NCBI GenBank assembly: GCA_018398765.1
Contig: JAHBMJ010000506.1
Coordinates: 1 to 45,947 of the forward strand
Reading direction: 5' to 3'
Length of the DNA: 45,947 nucleotides
From: Chromera velia
Lineage: Eukaryota
The position numbers and the translations under genes are program-made. The notes beneath the pieces were generated by a model. It was not told where the DNA came from, did no database searches, and saw only the letters and a list, made by a program, of their open reading frames with translations. This document shows, in pieces, positions 16,676 to 28,900 of this stretch; the stretch's first letter is position 1, and the number at the start of each line of letters is the position of its first letter.

Positions 16676-17678
16676 GAGAGAGAACAAGGAAGAAACACAG
16701 AAAGAAACAGAAAGGAAGGGGGGAGAAACAAAACGAAAGAGATAGAGACAGGGGGGGAGGGGAGGAAGAGAGACGGGGAGACGGGGAACCTACCCCGTTC
16801 TTGTATCCAGACTACTTTCTTTGCCCTTTTCATACCGGGTCTTTACGTTCAGGTGGTGTTCTGACCTTTTCATTTCACTTCCTCTCTACCATTTTCTCTC
16901 TCTGCCTTTAATCGCAGGGGTGCGAGATGAGGCAGCCGTTCGAGAGGGCAGGCGATTTGATGAAATTGAAGGGGGACGAGAGGAGTGCGCAGGGCCTCTA
17001 CTCGGATGCGGCCAATCTGGACAGCCAGGTGGGTCTGCCAGCCAGACAAACAGACATTTTTGAATTCATGCTATCTTCGTTATGCGACTTTTTTGAGGTA
17101 AACACTTGGTGTGTGTGTTTCAGACGGAACAAGAAAGGAATGCGAACGGGTATATGCTTGACGTGGTCGTTTTCTTTCTGTCGTCAATCTACCTTCATGC
17201 CCCTATTGAAAGCATATTTGTCTCAAAGATGTAGACAGAAAAAGGGAAAAGACGATTGATGCAGACTTGGCCTGCCAACTCTTTCTCCATCCATCAACTC
17301 ATCACTGTGCCATCGCAGTGATGTCAATCTCCATTCCATCAGTATGTTTCATTTCATGCGTATGCTGTGCGGAAGTATATCTTCCCTTCTCTTTCCCTCA
17401 TCGATCCTTCTTTTCCTGTTCGCCCGTCCCCCGCTTTCCCGTGTGTCTGCATGCTTGCGTGCCCGCTTGCTTTGTTTGAGTCGAAAAGAAAAAATAAAAG
17501 AAGCCGAGGACACTGTTTTCGTATTGCGGCACTCTTTTTCTTTTGTTCTACTTTTTGATCCCTGTTTTCTTTGCAGCGGCGTGTCTTTGTTGAAAAGAGC
17601 ACAAAGACTGCTGTCGGACAGAAGACGTTGTTTGGCCTGGGACCGGAGAAAAAGTACACACCGTATGACCCCGCGTGA
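13889..17678 (+). CDS. Putative plastid-targeted thioredoxin-like [2Fe-2S] ferredoxin domain + TPR protein, 5 exons
   Basis: Exons 13889-14229, 15123-15315, 16173-16448, 16918-17028 and 17577-17678 splice in frame. N-terminus: signal peptide ...LSAVIFFLCLVVSRA|FNPSSFLRGSSPSSSS (Phe after the cleavage site, Ser/Arg-rich transit-like peptide). Cys pattern VCAYGPDCC...GCACLGQCEKGPN is typical of Trx-like 2Fe-2S ferredoxins. TPR-like helices LTEALSIL...VYANRAGVRMGLGNLEGAEEDI follow. Confidence 0.8.
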
Positions 17679-17892
17679 TCGTTTGCTCGATCGTGGTAGA
17701 TCATGACATGCGAGCTGGTATGCTGTGTCGCCAGCTGTAGTGGAACACTCGAAATGCAGAACCTGCGATGCTAGCTTCGATCGATGCCGTCGTATGTGTA
17801 GTGCAGTTTTTGACTGACCATATGAAGTATATATATGAAATAAGTAATGTTTCTACTATGAGTTAAGAGCTCAAATTAACAGTGCTTATAAA

Positions 17893-18126
17893 AATCTCCC
17901 TGAACCTAAGTGCCACTTGAAAAAATATAATCAAGATCATCTCTATCTGCGGCATTTTTTTTTAAGAGACCGTCCACGCCTGCGGCGTGGATGGTCAAGA
18001 TACCGTCCAGATATGCGGCTTTGGCTTTTAAGACACCATAAATGATCCACGCCTGCGGCGCGGACTTTCAAGCTTATCCAATAATGCGGCCTGAACTTTC
18101 AAGTGGTAGTTAGGTTCAGGGAGGTC
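17893..18126. mobile_element. MITE with ~27-30 bp TIRs and 8-9 bp TSD, inserted inside an older small hairpin element (~17860-18182)
   Basis: CTCCCTGAACCTAAGTGCCACTTGAAA (17896) matches TTTCAAGTGGTAGTTAGGTTCAGGGAG (ends 18123) at 25/27 as an inverted repeat. CTTATAAA(A) is repeated at 17885 and 18127. Internal direct repeat TCCACGCCTGCGGCG occurs twice. Confidence 0.8.
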
Positions 18127-18223
18127 CTTATAAAACTTTATGACATGTATAAGTATTATTAATTTGAGTTCCTAATTAACTCTTTCTGGATCGCGAGAAA
18201 TAAGCCTTCAAAGTTTAATTATG

Positions 18224-18328
18224 GAATTTAGTGGAATCCAGACGAGTAGATTCCACGGTAAATTCCACTAAAATCCACTAAATTCCACTAAATTCTAATG
18301 GTGGATTCCATTAAATTCCATTAAATTT
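18224..18328. repeat. Degenerate 10-bp minisatellite (AAATTCCACT)n in both orientations
   Basis: aaattccacta aaatccacta aattccacta ... attccattaaattccattaaattt, plus an inverted copy aatttagtggaat. Confidence 0.7.
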
Positions 18329-19105
18329 GTGGGGAATTTAACCCGGTTTTATGATAGGGTGGCTAGAATTGAGAGAATGCTAAAAGATGTTATTCCTAAT
18401 GGCAGGAAAAGAGAGGCCCAGTCTAAGGCCGATATAAGGTTAAAAGACATAAGACTCCATCATTATAGGGGGCAAGGGATAAACATTGTATTTGGCATAT
18501 ATTGTCATGGGTGTACATATGCATATATATGTACGTGCATGGTCGTATTGCGTGGACTAGAATGAATAATGTATTATAATACATATGATAGTTAGAGAAG
18601 TTCCCCATTACTTTACAGTGCTTTACAGAAAGTATCTGCATATATTTATTGACAATTTATACAAAAGTATGTGACAGTCTAGGAGAACGCCGCTTCTGAA
18701 CATATGCGATAGCAATGCGACGCGGTGTCATTCTGTGAGAATGATTGTGAGAAGAGAGCTGTAGCCTATATATATAGCTGGGCGTGAAAAAGAGAGGGAC
18801 TGAATGATCCTCGAGCTTCGGGCGTACGCGCGCGAGCTTTGAAGGCATGCCGAGGCCGTGCCGGGGCCCACACCAGGAGAAGCTAGGGGCCGCGGTCCAG
18901 CATGCATGGTCCAGCTGTGCTGCAACTGCAGCTGAGTACAGCTGAGCTTTTGCATGAAGCCATATGAGTCGACCAGCTCTGACAGTGCGGGTCACTGTGT
19001 GAGAAGGAACGTGTCGCACGTGTCTTTGGATCCTTCTTTGCTTTATCGCGATTGTGAAAGAGTCTTAGATCGCAGGGTACGAGCTGGAGACTGTGATCGG
19101 CTGAG

Positions 19106-22091
19106 ATGAGCGTCAAGCTGAGTGCGGAGGATGCAAGCTTTCTTGCTTGTGCGACCGAAGTGGATCCTCGCGTGGTTTCCTCTATGTGGGACGCTGTAGA
19201 CTACATGCGGGATAGGCGGAAGGGGTTCTGCATTCCGACCGTGAGGAATTTGTGTGGAGATCTGGGAGACGAGGAAGAATCGAAAGGAGACGGCAACGAA
19301 GGAGAACGCCCCTGCGTGTATCTCTGTGGCAACTCCTTGGGGCTGCAGCCGACGAGTACCAGGAAGTTTGTGCTGAGAGAGCTTGATAAATGGGCAAGTA
19401 AAGGAGTGATGGGGTAAGTCTCATGGAGGCAGACAGCCGGGGAGGGGCTTGGGAGCAAGTGCTTGTCTTCTGTCAGTTTGTACAGTCAGCCAGTCGATTG
19501 TGCCTCCCGCCAGCTTTCAGTGAGAGACCAGTCAAACAACCGTGCTCTTGTCGTCCATTCAGCTGCTTGGTCAGTTGTTGCGTCTTCCTGCATGGGTGCT
19601 GATCTTCCTGCGTGTCGTGTCCTTTTGCGCATGCATGCAGGCACTTCGAGGGGGACCTCCCTTGGGTCTCCATCGAGAAGTCCGTGCAGAAACTTTCAGC
19701 CGACCTCGTGGGTGCGAAGGAGGAGGAAGTGGCGGTTATGAACAGGTGGGCCTATGCAAGGAGGAGGAAGTGGCGGTTATGAACAGGTGGGCCTATGGAA
19801 GGAGGAGGAAGTGGCGGTTATGAACAGGTGGGCCTATGGAAGGAGGAGGAAGTGGCGGTTATGAACAGGTGGGCCTATGGGCGTCCCATTTTCAAGACAT
19901 GGGCGTATTAGGGTGTGCGTGTCTGTGTAAATGAGCATGGAGATGTATAGATCCTTGTATGTGTGCGCACGCGCGCGCGTGTGTGTGTTCGCGTGTCCAA
20001 CCATCGATGAGAGATGTCGCTCATGGTCGGGCTGGGCGCTTGTGGCCGGGTTGTGTGTGGTGCGCAAAGGGGAGCAGCAAAGGAGAACGTTCAGGCATTC
20101 GCTGTACACATTCCTGTGTTGTCAGAGAGGGGGCACCCACGTGTGCCCCCTTCTCGCATTTGCACAAAAGAATGAAGAGATACCAACATGAGGATATCCA
20201 AGAAGCAAGAGTGAGGCTTGGTCACAAGCATGACTCAGTACAGCCGTCTCCTCTTCTTCACACACAAGTAGAGCACGACGCAGAGAAAAGGGTGTGCCCT
20301 TCTACTATTTCGTCTCTTCCGGGACGGTCTCATGCAGAATGAATGTTGTTGCAGAGACACGGTGATTGTGCATGTCTAGTTGACTGCAGTTTGACCTGCA
20401 ACATTCATTTCCTCCTGGTGTCCCTCTACCGGCCCGTGGGTGCGCGTGTGAAGATTCTCATCGAGGCCAGTGCGTTCGGGTCGGACTACATTGCAGTGGC
20501 CACACACCTCCAGCACAGGGGGCAGGACCCAAAAGAGGCCATTGTGGCCGTAAAGCCATCCAGAGGTCAGCCAGACGGTCAGACAGACCGCCCATCGCTT
20601 TCTTTCTGTTTCCTCTCTCTTTCTGTCATCGGAAATGCAGCCCTGAGCTCTTTCTCCACTCTCTCTCTTTATGGAGAGGAGAGGGGGACGGGATGGGTAA
20701 AGGGGGGGAGACGGCAGGACGAGGAGAGGTAGTGAGAGAGAGATTGAAAGAAACTCCACAGACAAACAACGAGGGAAACCCAGTCACATCGTCTCGTCGT
20801 GGATGATTGCCCACCCCTCCGTCTCCTGCTGCAGGCGAATTTGTGTACCGGACGGAAGACTTTCTGGAGGCGATGGAAAAGGAGAGAGACTCCATCGCTT
20901 GTGTGCTCCTGGGAGCTGTGAACTATCTGTCAGGGCAATTGCTTGACGTGCCTGCAATCACAAAGAAGGCCCATGAGATCGGGTCAGTCTCTCTAGCTCT
21001 CCGTCAGTCTCACGTCTGTCTGTATACCCGTCCCTCCCTCTATCTCTGCATGCGTAGAAGAATCAGTCGATCCACCACCAAGAATGAACATCCGTGTATC
21101 CGTGGTTCGATTGGTCTGTCTCTCACTCTAGCTCTCTATTACGGTGCTACTGTGTCTTTCGAGCCCTCACATTCTGAACACACGCACGCACGCACACACA
21201 CACACAGTGTGTACATGCATTCTTACAGTCATGCATGCAGATATATATATTAATGTGAGTGCGTATCCCATGAATCATCTCGCAGCGCGACTGTCATTTT
21301 CGATTGCGCGCATGCGGCCGGCAACGTCCCTCTCTCCCTTCATGATTGGGGCGTCGACGGGGCCTGTTGGTGCTCTTACAAATACCTGAACGCGGGGCCA
21401 GGGGGGATAGCGGGTCTCTTCATTCACGAGAAGCACACAGAGGGGGAGCAGGCAGTTACAAGGCTCGCAGGTTGGTCTGTTGTTATCCCCCTCCTTAGTT
21501 TTGCGAAGTGCGCCTTCTTCTCTCTGTTGCTCTGCCCCATCCCCCCCCCCCCNCCCCCCTCTCTCTCTTCTTCTGTGCGCGTGTATATGTCTATGCCTTT
21601 GTATTCGTACGTGCATGTGTGTGGAGTGTGTGCGTGAGCGTGTTTGTCCTCCCGAGTGACTGGTTCTCAGACCCTCCTACTTCTGTCACGGGGAGTAGTT
21701 TTGGGAGTTCTCTGGAAGTCCAGATTGGTGTGAGTCAGGCCCGTGTGCGTACATTTTTGAGTGTTGACCCCTGCATGCCTCTATTTGATAAATTCATCTC
21801 ATCTATTCTATCGATCCATCAGGGTGGTGGGCCCACAACGGTGAGACTCGCTTCCGCATGGAGCACACCTTTGACCCCCTCCCGGGTGCTGCCGGATTTC
21901 AGTGCTCCAATCCCCCGGTCTTGCAAACTGTGGCTCTCCTGGCGTCCCTGGAGATTTTCAGAGACGCGGGAGGACTGAAGGGGCTCAGGCAGAAGACAGA
22001 GAGACAGGCGGTCTGGCTGGCAGCACTCGTGAAGGATCAGCTGGAGGTGCGTCCGTGAAGAGGGGAGGAGGGAATGTGGGTACGCATGCAC

Positions 22092-22177
<86 letters not shown>

Positions 22178-23732
22178 TACTTCTTTTTCGTATTAATCCA
22201 CGCGAAAAATAATGCACACACACGCGCGCGCACGCGATTGCGTTTATGTAGATCCAAATGCATGTGCATGTATGCGAGGGTATCAGAAGGTGTGTACTTT
22301 TCCTGAATATGTCTGCCAGCACCTCTTGAGCATCAGCCGTAGGTGTGTCGACAAAATCAGAACGCTCATTTATTCTTTGCATGAATGTTCACTCAACTAA
22401 TATTGTGCTCGCGTGAATTCTGGGGTTGTTTCACCTTCCTGCCCTGAGGACTGTTGCCGCAATCATTCATGTAGCTTGACGTTCCATCCAAACGCCTCAA
22501 GTATGAATGAATCCTGGTGCTGCTATTAATGTTTATGTGTGCAGGGAGTGGTTGATGCAATCACCCCTGTTGACCTGAAGGAGCGCGGTTGCCAGCTCTC
22601 ATTAGCTGGAAGTTCATCCTTTGGTCTGGACTTTCAGAAAGTCTGCCAGCGACTGGAGAAGAGAGGGGTTGTGGTAGACTTCAGGAAACCCAATATGATC
22701 CGTGCAGCACCCACGCCCCTCTATAACACATACGAGGATTGCTGGAGGTACGTCGGGTATGGGCAGGAAGGCAATGGTCGTGATCATTTCATGTTCAACA
22801 TGCAGTGACAAAATGATGGTCACGTTTGTGTCGGAATTGAATTCTGCGCTTCCCGCCAGTCGGACGATAGGCAGTGGCATCCCGTTCTTACTGTCGTTCC
22901 TCCTTCCTCTTGCACTGTCTCTTTAGTTTCCTTTCTTTCCGCGTGTCAGAGAGAGAGGGAAAGAGAGAGAAAAGTGGAATTCTTCATGTTTTTGTTTTGT
23001 TCGGCGTCCTGGTGTACGTTTTCGTTAATGTGTTTTTTTCTGAGATGCATAGATGGATCGACGCAGCGCGTGTCCATGAATGGATTGATGGATGGATGCA
23101 GATTTGTTGAAGCACTGAAGAGAGCGGTTGCAGAAGAATTGAGAGACATTGCCGGGACGGGATCAAAAAAGGTCGGTCTAGTCCTCCTCTCTACATGAAC
23201 TTGTTTGTCATCATGTGTGTGTCTGCACATGGATCGAAAAAAGAGACAACGAAACTCACACAAATGTCAGGGATACATTGATGGAGAAGCGTCAAAGGCA
23301 GTCGCTTGCCCTCTTTCGTTGTCTTTCTGAGGACACGTATTCATGTGCATGTGTATGTACACGCATGTTCATACGTACGTGCATATCAATATAGAAGCCA
23401 TGCATCAACGACAATCTTCCCGTGTATCGTCAGGCAACACGCACACCAACTGTGATGATGTGTCCACTTACACATCTATACGAAACAGGTGTGTGCACGC
23501 CCCACAAGGCTTGTCGCCGCTTCCCCCGTCAAAGGACCGGCAGATGTGTTCATGATATACGATGTGGAAGACTCTTGTTAGACGGCATGCATCGGCATGC
23601 CATTCGTTGCAGCCCCTTGACTGGCCAATCAACGACGCTGAGTGGGAAGGCCTGAAGGAGAAGGCACGAGCAGCTGCTGCTGCTGGGGCGGGGGGAGTGG
23701 CGGTGACGGCAAATGGTCATACGGCATCGTGA
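19106..23732 (+). CDS. KYNU: Kynureninase (PLP-dependent L-kynurenine hydrolase), 9 exons
   Basis: Exons 19106-19413, 19641-19745, 20390-20565, 20835-20982, 21286-21470, 21823-22046, 22545-22747, 23102-23171 and 23613-23732. Motifs: [68 protein letters not shown] (PLP lysine), [28 protein letters not shown]. The last exon is inferred; without that splice the ORF stops at 23198. Confidence 0.95.
19717..19879 (+). repeat. 4 x 41-bp tandem repeat covering the end of KYNU exon 2 and its 5' splice site
   Basis: AAGGAGGAGGAAGTGGCGGTTATGAACAG|GTGGGCCTATG(C/G) starts at 19717, 19758, 19799 and 19840. Confidence 0.95.
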
Positions 23733-24504
23733 CACTGGTACTGATGGGCGTCAAAAGACTGCCGAGAAAGAAGTTCAGTGACATATGTATATGTGTGACT
23801 TGAGTGAGAAGGGCAATCGAAAAAAAGAAGGGCACCCAGAGGGGAAGGGACACGTAGACAGAAGGGGAACCGACCCAAGAGTAATAGTCAGAGCCGACTA
23901 GCCAGGAAGTTTAGATTCGACTAGCTAGCGGTAGTCAATAGTTTTGAAACGGAAATTGAGGCACGAATTTGACAGGAAATCGAGAAAGCAAGAAGGTACT
24001 CTGTTTGAGTGTAGGTTTGAGTGGAAGAGAAGCTTCCCATATCCTTGTCGGTGTAAAAAGAAATCAACCTGCCAACTACTTTCGGATCCAATCGGATCTC
24101 ATCAGGGACTAGGACGTAAGTTATAAGCAATAGCAATTCTAAAAGGAAACGAAGCAGTAGTATGGTCAAATCGCTTACTCAGAAATTAAACTCAATAACT
24201 AGCTCAGTAGGTAATGATTGATACTCAAACGAATGCTAAGGCGAGTCTAAGATCGAACAAATGCAACTAAAGAATACAAATAGACTTAATTAAATATATA
24301 ATTGGACCTAAACTCAGATTTGATACATTTTCTATTATATTTTGGTGCGGATTACAATGCAAATTAAATTTCAGGATTTTCAGAACCTAGGCCTATCAAT
24401 CCCCCTAACACTCTGGTAAACTTGAACCAGCAGGACGCGTACGGCCTCCAAAACGAGCTGAAACTGCCTCTGTCGATGTTGTGCTTATCGTTTGCGTTCA
24501 CAGT

Positions 24505-25962
24505 ATTTTTTTTTTTTTTTACTCACACGACATTCAGCCCTTGAGCTCTAGCTTGCGCCTCAGGGGAAGCACGACTTTCCTCATCCGGTTCCCCTTTCTC
24601 AAGGCCTCGATGCTTGCTTTCAGTGCCCCCATAGGAAAAAGAATTATTTAAGAATGTCAATTTCCCCCCGTCACAATGCCACGTTTTGTTTATCAACGTA
24701 AATCATATCATCTTTCTCTGCAATTAAGAGAAACACGTCGTGTCATCGGAGAACAGAACAAACATAAGGGGGCAAAGAAAGGAAGGGAGATTTAAAAAAA
24801 GAAAAAGAAGAAAAAGACGGAAAGAAAGGAAAGGATGGAAGCAGAGGAAGCAGAGGAAGCACAGGAAAGAAAAAAAGGAAGATACGAAAAATGATAAAGG
24901 CGGATATGCGTCTCTCTATCCCCGACGTACCTCGTCTACTTACGGCTCGGCGTGTTGAAGGCATCTTGGGCTCTACATCCTGCATGGGCATCACCATGCA
25001 ACTTCCGAGGCACTGACTTCTGCAACATCAATACTTCATTGTAGCATGCCCAAATTGAACTAACGGAACGACTTCTCCTCCCCCCTCATTGCATGCATGC
25101 ACTCTCTCCCCCCTCTCTCAGACAACAGACAAACAAACAGACACCAGCCTGAGGCTCGGCCAGCTGTTTCAGAATCCCTTTGAGGCATTTTTCATTGTGG
25201 CGCTCAACACGCTCACGCGAAGCTGCTCACCGCTGGCACAAACCTAAACCTAGCTCCGGCATCCATTCCCAAACGGGCGAGAGTCACTCACTCCTCTCCG
25301 TCATCCCCCTTCCTGCAGCAGCCGTATAGCAATCATGGAACACATTTCGTGCATGTGAAAGAAATCAAAGGACATCCTAAGGCTTACATTTTCTGCGGAC
25401 GGATCTCAAATCAGAAGTGACGGTCTGCATGTGTCGAAGATTAGCTACAAAAGATGAAATTGTAGAAAGGAAAGGAAAGGAAAGGAAAGGCGTCGGGATC
25501 ACCACCAAGATGTGCAGCTTAAAGACTGCCAGTAAAATGACCGAGTCCGTTGCATAGACAGGCAAACAGACAGACATGCTTACAGAGAGACAGACAGACG
25601 GGCAGGTAAACTCACAGAGAGATAGACAGATAGGAAAACACACAGACTCACAGTGTCACGGTCACACACTGACGCACCCGCAGACTCACAGACACCTATA
25701 GATACCTCACTATCTGTCTAGCCCATTTTCCTTATTCCTCGCTACGTCGGCCTTTCTTCACAGTTTTGCATTCACCAGAGAGGTAAACAGACAGGCCGAC
25801 CGGCACACAGCCATAGACTGACACGACAGACACATGCAGAACACGTGAGACACGCACGCAGGCATGCACGGCACGGGCAGATAGGCAGGCAGGTTGGTAA
25901 GCGGGCAGGTTGGCAGGCGGGCAGGCAGGCAGACAAGCAGGCAGACAAAGAAACAGAAAGAC

Positions 25963-25996
<34 letters not shown>

Positions 25997-28900
25997 GCAT
26001 ATAGACAGACTTACATACAGACATGCAGGCATACAGGCCAACAGAGAAAGTGAAGAAGGGAGAGGGGAGAGAGAGAAAGTGAGATAGAGAGAGAGAAAGT
26101 GAGATGGAGAGAAAGAGTGAGAGTGAGAGTGAGAGTGAGAGACTCTGAAAGAGAGACAGAGAAGAGAGAGAGAGAGAAAGCGGGAGAGAGAAAGAGAGAG
26201 GGCTAGTTACACAGCCATAAACATAAAAGTTGAGCACCCGAAGAGACAAGGAGACGAGCAGATGGATGGAAAAAAAAAAAAGGACAGATAGAGAGGCTTC
26301 CAGACGCACATGAAGTACGATGCAGTAAGGAGAGCAGGGAGGAAGGTGGAGGAAGGGGGGGAGGAGTGAAAAAGAGGGAAAAGGGAGGAAGTTTGGCATA
26401 AAAGACAAAGAAAGTGAATTAAACGATCCGAGAAATTCAATTAGAGGAGGCAAGACAGTGATAGAAGGGAGAGAAAGAGTGGAAACAGGGAGAATGGAAG
26501 GAAGCAAACAGGAAGCTTTAAGAAGGAAGGAGGGAAGCAGACAGGAAAGAAGGAAGGAAGGAAGGAAGGAAGGAAGGAAGCAAACAGGAAGAAAGGAGGG
26601 AAGGAAGCAAACAGGAAGAAAGGAGGGAAGGAAGCAAACAGGAAGAAAGGAAAGAAGGAAATAGGCAGGAAGGAAGGAAGGAATGAATGAGGATGAAGGA
26701 GGGAAGGAAGCAAACAGGAAGAAAGGAAGGAAGGAAGGAAAGAAACAAACAGGTAGAAAGGAGGGAAGGAAGCAAACAGCAAGAAAGGAGGGAAGGAAGC
26801 AAACAGGAAGAAAGGAGGGAAGGAAATAGACAAGAAGGAAGGAAGGAACAAAGGAGGATGAAGGAGGGAAGGAAGTAAACAGGAAGAAAGGAAGGAAGGA
26901 AGGAAGGAAGGAAGCAAACAGGCAGAAAGGAGGGAAGGAAGCAAACAGGAAGAAAGGAGGGAAGGAAGCAAACAGGAAGAAAGGAGGGAAGGAAGCAAAC
27001 AGGAAGAAAAGAAAGAAGGAAATAGACAGGAAGGAAGGAAGGAAGGAAGGAAGGAAGGAACAAAGGAGGATGAAGGAGGGAAGCACACAAGAAGGACGGA
27101 AGTAGACAGGGAGAAAGAAGGGAAGGAGATTGAAAGGAGAGAAGGAATTGGACGGGCAGGAAGGAAGGAGAACGGGAAGGAAGCAGACAAGAAGAAATGA
27201 AGGAGTGAGGGAAGGAAACAGAAAGGGGCAGTCTCTGCGGTGTAGACATCGAAATAATATATAGAATTTTGCGTCTCATAAAGCCTTCGAATGTTCAAGA
27301 AGAGAGATTCAACACCACTGACTTTAGGCAGGGACGGAGAGTGATTGCCGTAGCAACCTTGTGGGTGATTGTGTTCGGGTAGGGGGCCTCTATCCCCCGA
27401 CAGACTGCTGTGCAAAAATTCCAGCAGTTGTTCCATTCCCTCAAGTAGGAGGGCCACTGCATGCCAACGAGGCAGAGAGCTAGGCGAGGTGGCCGACCAC
27501 CTGCCTAAACTGCATGCCCCGACCGATCTGTCTCAAAGGAGGCGAAGAAGTATGCCGCCCCTGGCACGAAGTTGGAGAGAGAACCCTACTATGCATCTCC
27601 TCCAAAGACGACCACTTCCAGAGGCCGTTGTAGTCATAGCCGAATTCGGCCAGGAGCGCAGTTCTCCTCCCACGAGAATGCATGATGCAGACGAGTGCCT
27701 GATGGTACCAGACACCTCACAACTGAAACTGAGCCACAATGAGGCTCGTTCTGACCCCTCCCCACAGATGAACGTTGAGGAGCCTCACGAGACTCCCGAG
27801 TGTCGGAGTCCCCACTGAATCCTGCTTACTGTTGCAGCAGCGCATAGCCGAAAGGGAGTTCACTTTGAGGACTCTTTTCATTTCCTCGGTGATTGCTTTT
27901 GGGATATTTATCCTTATTTCTGGCGGACCTCGAGTCTGTAGGGAGGACAGAATTTCACAAAGGCAGACTTGCAGTGCCTCTCTCAACTCGGACAGGACTA
28001 CTTCTCCCACTGCAGCCTCCATGGGTTCTGTAAGAGTTCGGGTAGCGTACATTTTTGGGGGTACTTTTTGGTGCACCCGAAAGTGCCCCTGCCAAGACAA
28101 GATGATCGACAAGCTCTGTGATCTCTTGTGCCGTGAGCAGGGGAGTTGAAGGATCCCTTCGCTTCACCGTGAGCCAATGCCATGCAAGCTCGATTAAGAC
28201 GTACGCCCGTATCTGTACGTCACCTATCTGCCCTGCGGCAGTTCCTGGTGCTTTCGATTCAAAATCTGCATTCAAAACGTTCCCCGCCTCCTTTGGCTTC
28301 ACCCCTACCTGTCTGTCCCCCCACCGAAGCATACCATTCAAGCAGCGGAAATCAGCTGCTACTTCGTGGGAGTGGAATTTTGAAAGTGAGAAACGGCTTT
28401 CCCATCAGAGCAACGTTTCCGCTATTCTGCGATGGCACTTGAATTGCCGACAGCAAAGGAAAACCCGCTTTGCCCCCTACCTCCCATAACCACTTCCTCA
28501 CATGTGCTTCCGTGACACTAAATGGGATGCCCCTGACTTCTACCACCTGCATGCACAAGCAACGGGTGTAGGATGTGGGAGGAGATATCCAAGACAGGTG
28601 TTGCATCAGCCGGCCAGTATGTAGGGTCAAGTCCGGGACCCCATGCATGCACACATGCAGTCAAATTTTCATTGAAGTTGATGAAAGCTTGTCAGAAGAA
28701 GTATATATGTATGGTCAAGTCGCTCACACACTGGAATTTTCAATTAAGCGGACGAAACCTTATGAGCAGATGCATAAAAGAGGACAGAATCCTGTATACT
28801 TCACTTATGTCTGGTGTGTGGGCACTTTGGTTCTGAATATGTGCGGGATTGCCTCCAGCTTTGTACTCCATTGAAAAACAGGTCAGAACGATCAATACGT

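Noticed and set aside
25758..27457. 442-, 338- and 253-aa ORFs
   Set aside because: Translations of (TTCC)n/(TC)n repeats that are open in all frames. Only the first ~75 aa of the 338-aa ORF is retroelement-derived.
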